64,000 bases of DNA from Candidatus Latescibacterota bacterium. GTDB lineage: Bacteria; Latescibacterota; CBDEFO01. The notes beneath the pieces are model-generated. The model worked only from the letters and a program-made list of their open reading frames with translations. It had not been told where the DNA came from and did no database searches. Shown in pieces: positions 62,376 to 64,000 of this stretch. Made by a program: the position numbers and the translations under genes. Within the stretch, counting starts at the first letter, position 1. Each line of letters starts with the position of its first letter. Location: NCBI GenBank assembly GCA_965248755.1, contig OZ252149.1:512001-576000 (forward strand). Reading direction: 5' to 3'.

Positions 62376-62607
62376 CTAAGTATCTTGACAAAATTTGTCG
62401 GAAATATTAAGTCAGTACAGGTGAGATTGCTTCGCTATCCCCGATAGATTCAATCGGGGATCGGAATGACGGTCGCAAGGGACCCGCAATGATATTACTT
62501 GGCTTTTGCTTATTGTCATCGCGAGGGGCACTTGCCCAGACCCTGTCAGGAGATGCGAGAAGCGGAACCAATCTCAAGGTAAGGGAGGCAGTACCCTGTC
62601 TACTTGT

Positions 62608-63330
62608 TTACGCTACCTCTTTTTCGAATATCTGGATCTTGAATGCGGCCTTAAGGACATCATCTATACTTTCGGCAAGTATGAACGTCATCTTGCCTTT
62701 GATATTCTGGGGCACATCCTCCAGGTCTTTTTCGTTCTTCTTGGGGAGTACGACGGTCGTTATGCCCGCCCTTTGAGCCGCAAGCACCTTCTCCTTGACT
62801 CCCCCTATCGGTAGGACCTTTCCCCTCAGCGTGATCTCTCCGGTCATGGCCACGTCCCATCTTACAGGATGACCCCTCATAAGGGAAACTAAAGCCGTCA
62901 CTATGGTAACTCCGGCAGAGGGTCCATCTTTGGGGATAGCTCCTGCTGGCACGTGGATGTGAATATCGTTCTTTTCGAAGAAATCCTCGTTTATGCCCAG
63001 ATCCACCGCTTTCGATCTCACGTAGCTTAAAGCCGCCTCGGCCGATTCCTTCATTACGTCTCCGAGTTGGCCTGTGAGGGTCAAGACCTTGTTCCCCTTC
63101 ATCTTCGTAGCCTCAACAAACAGAATATCCCCTCCTGACTCAGTCCATGCCAATCCGGTGGCGACCCCAGGGTCGCTGACCCTTTCGGCTACATCCGAAA
63201 AGAATCTGACAGGACCCAGGTATTTGTGGAGGTCGTTCTTTCCCACCTTAAATGGGCCCTTTTCTCCCTCGGCTTTCCTTTTTGCAATTTTTCTGTATAT
63301 AGCCCCGATCTCCCTTTCGATGTTCCTCAA
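62608..63330 (-). pseudogene. lon: Lon protease C-terminal portion only (no N-domain or ATPase core)
   Basis: (AG)[50 protein letters not shown]; homology stops near 63345. Confidence 0.8.
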
Positions 63331-63463
63331 TCCAGCTTTAGTTATCTTCCATTAGTTAACTTTTCGTAGAGGCAAGCTTACCTCGCCTTTACGGAAACAC
63401 GAGATATTGTTCGACTCCTCAAAACTCACCACAACACATTTCAAAGCAGGGGGAATAATAAAA

Positions 63464-64000
63464 ATGAACACCAAAAAGGATAACTTCAAAGCAATTCTGA
63501 TTGGTATTTTGGTATTGGGCTTTTGGTTGTTTGCATTTGCCCCTTCACCTGCTGCTGCACCAGGCGACATCAATACCGTGGCGGGAAATGGCACTTTTGG
63601 ATTTTCCGGTGATGGCGGTCCAGCTACCAGTGCGAGTATGTCTAATCCTGAGGGCGTATTTGTGGATGGATTGGGCAATATCTATATTGCGGATGAGAGA
63701 AATCACCGGATACGTAAGGTGGATACGTCGGGCAACATCACCACCGTGGCCGGAAATGGCATTGCTGCATTTTCCGGTGATGGAGGTCCAGCTACCAGTG
63801 CGAGTTTACGCTTTCCTACTGGCGTATTCGTGGATGGATCGGGAGTTATCTATATTGCGGACAGCCAAAATGACCGGATACGTAAGGTGAATACGTTGGG
63901 CATCATCTCCACTGTGGCAGGAGGTGGCTTTGCTGAATTTTTCAGTGCCGGGCGTCTAGCTACCGATGCGAGCTTGGCTGGCCCTACTGGCGTATACGTG
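63464..64000 (+). CDS. Secreted NHL-repeat protein (partial, runs off window edge)
   Basis: Manual translation from ATG 63464: signal peptide, then repeats I.TVAGNG..GFSGDGGPATSA...P.GVFVD..G.IYIAD..N.RIRKV. Confidence 0.9.
   Translation, partial: MNTKKDNFKAILIGILVLGFWLFAFAPSPAAAPGDINTVAGNGTFGFSGDGGPATSASMSNPEGVFVDGLGNIYIADERNHRIRKVDTSGNITTVAGNGIAAFSGDGGPATSASLRFPTGVFVDGSGVIYIADSQNDRIRKVNTLGIISTVAGGGFAEFFSAGRLATDASLAGPTGVYV

Noticed and set aside
63357..63460. Possible riboswitch before the NHL gene
   Set aside because: No recognisable aptamer consensus by eye; would need an Rfam scan.
63560..64000. Internal DNA repeats at the window end
   Set aside because: Explained by NHL protein repeats.

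Overview
Core-chromosome segment of a bacterium, probably from an FCB-group lineage (inferred only from the SecY C-terminus and the long L17 tail). Positions 1-33.6 kb hold a minus-strand translation/transcription supercluster: tRNA-Tyr/Gly/Thr, rpmG, tRNA-Trp, secE-nusG-rplKAJL-rpoBC, the str, S10, spc and alpha operons, and a partial rlmD. Positions 33.7-64 kb hold rph, a Cys-rich DnaC/IstB-like ATPase, a cell-wall amidase, smpB, a glutaredoxin-thioredoxin reductase fusion, lutABC, several metabolic and membrane genes, rpmB, a futalosine (mqn) menaquinone cluster with extra genes inside it, an IS1380 element, gene remnants and a partial secreted NHL-repeat protein. Three things stand out. 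(1) Several nested families of small repeats fill intergenic spacers, even in ribosomal operons. One is a 15-31 nt hairpin (CCCGAT...ATCGGG), usually flanked by TC|GA, that is present in one copy of a ~250-270 bp MITE and absent from the other, and that appears to be inserted in frame in mqnA. (2) S12, RpoB and EF-G all carry substitutions at classical antibiotic-resistance positions. (3) Element-associated deletions have left several gene remnants. All calls come from reading the sequence and recalling family motifs; no searches were run.
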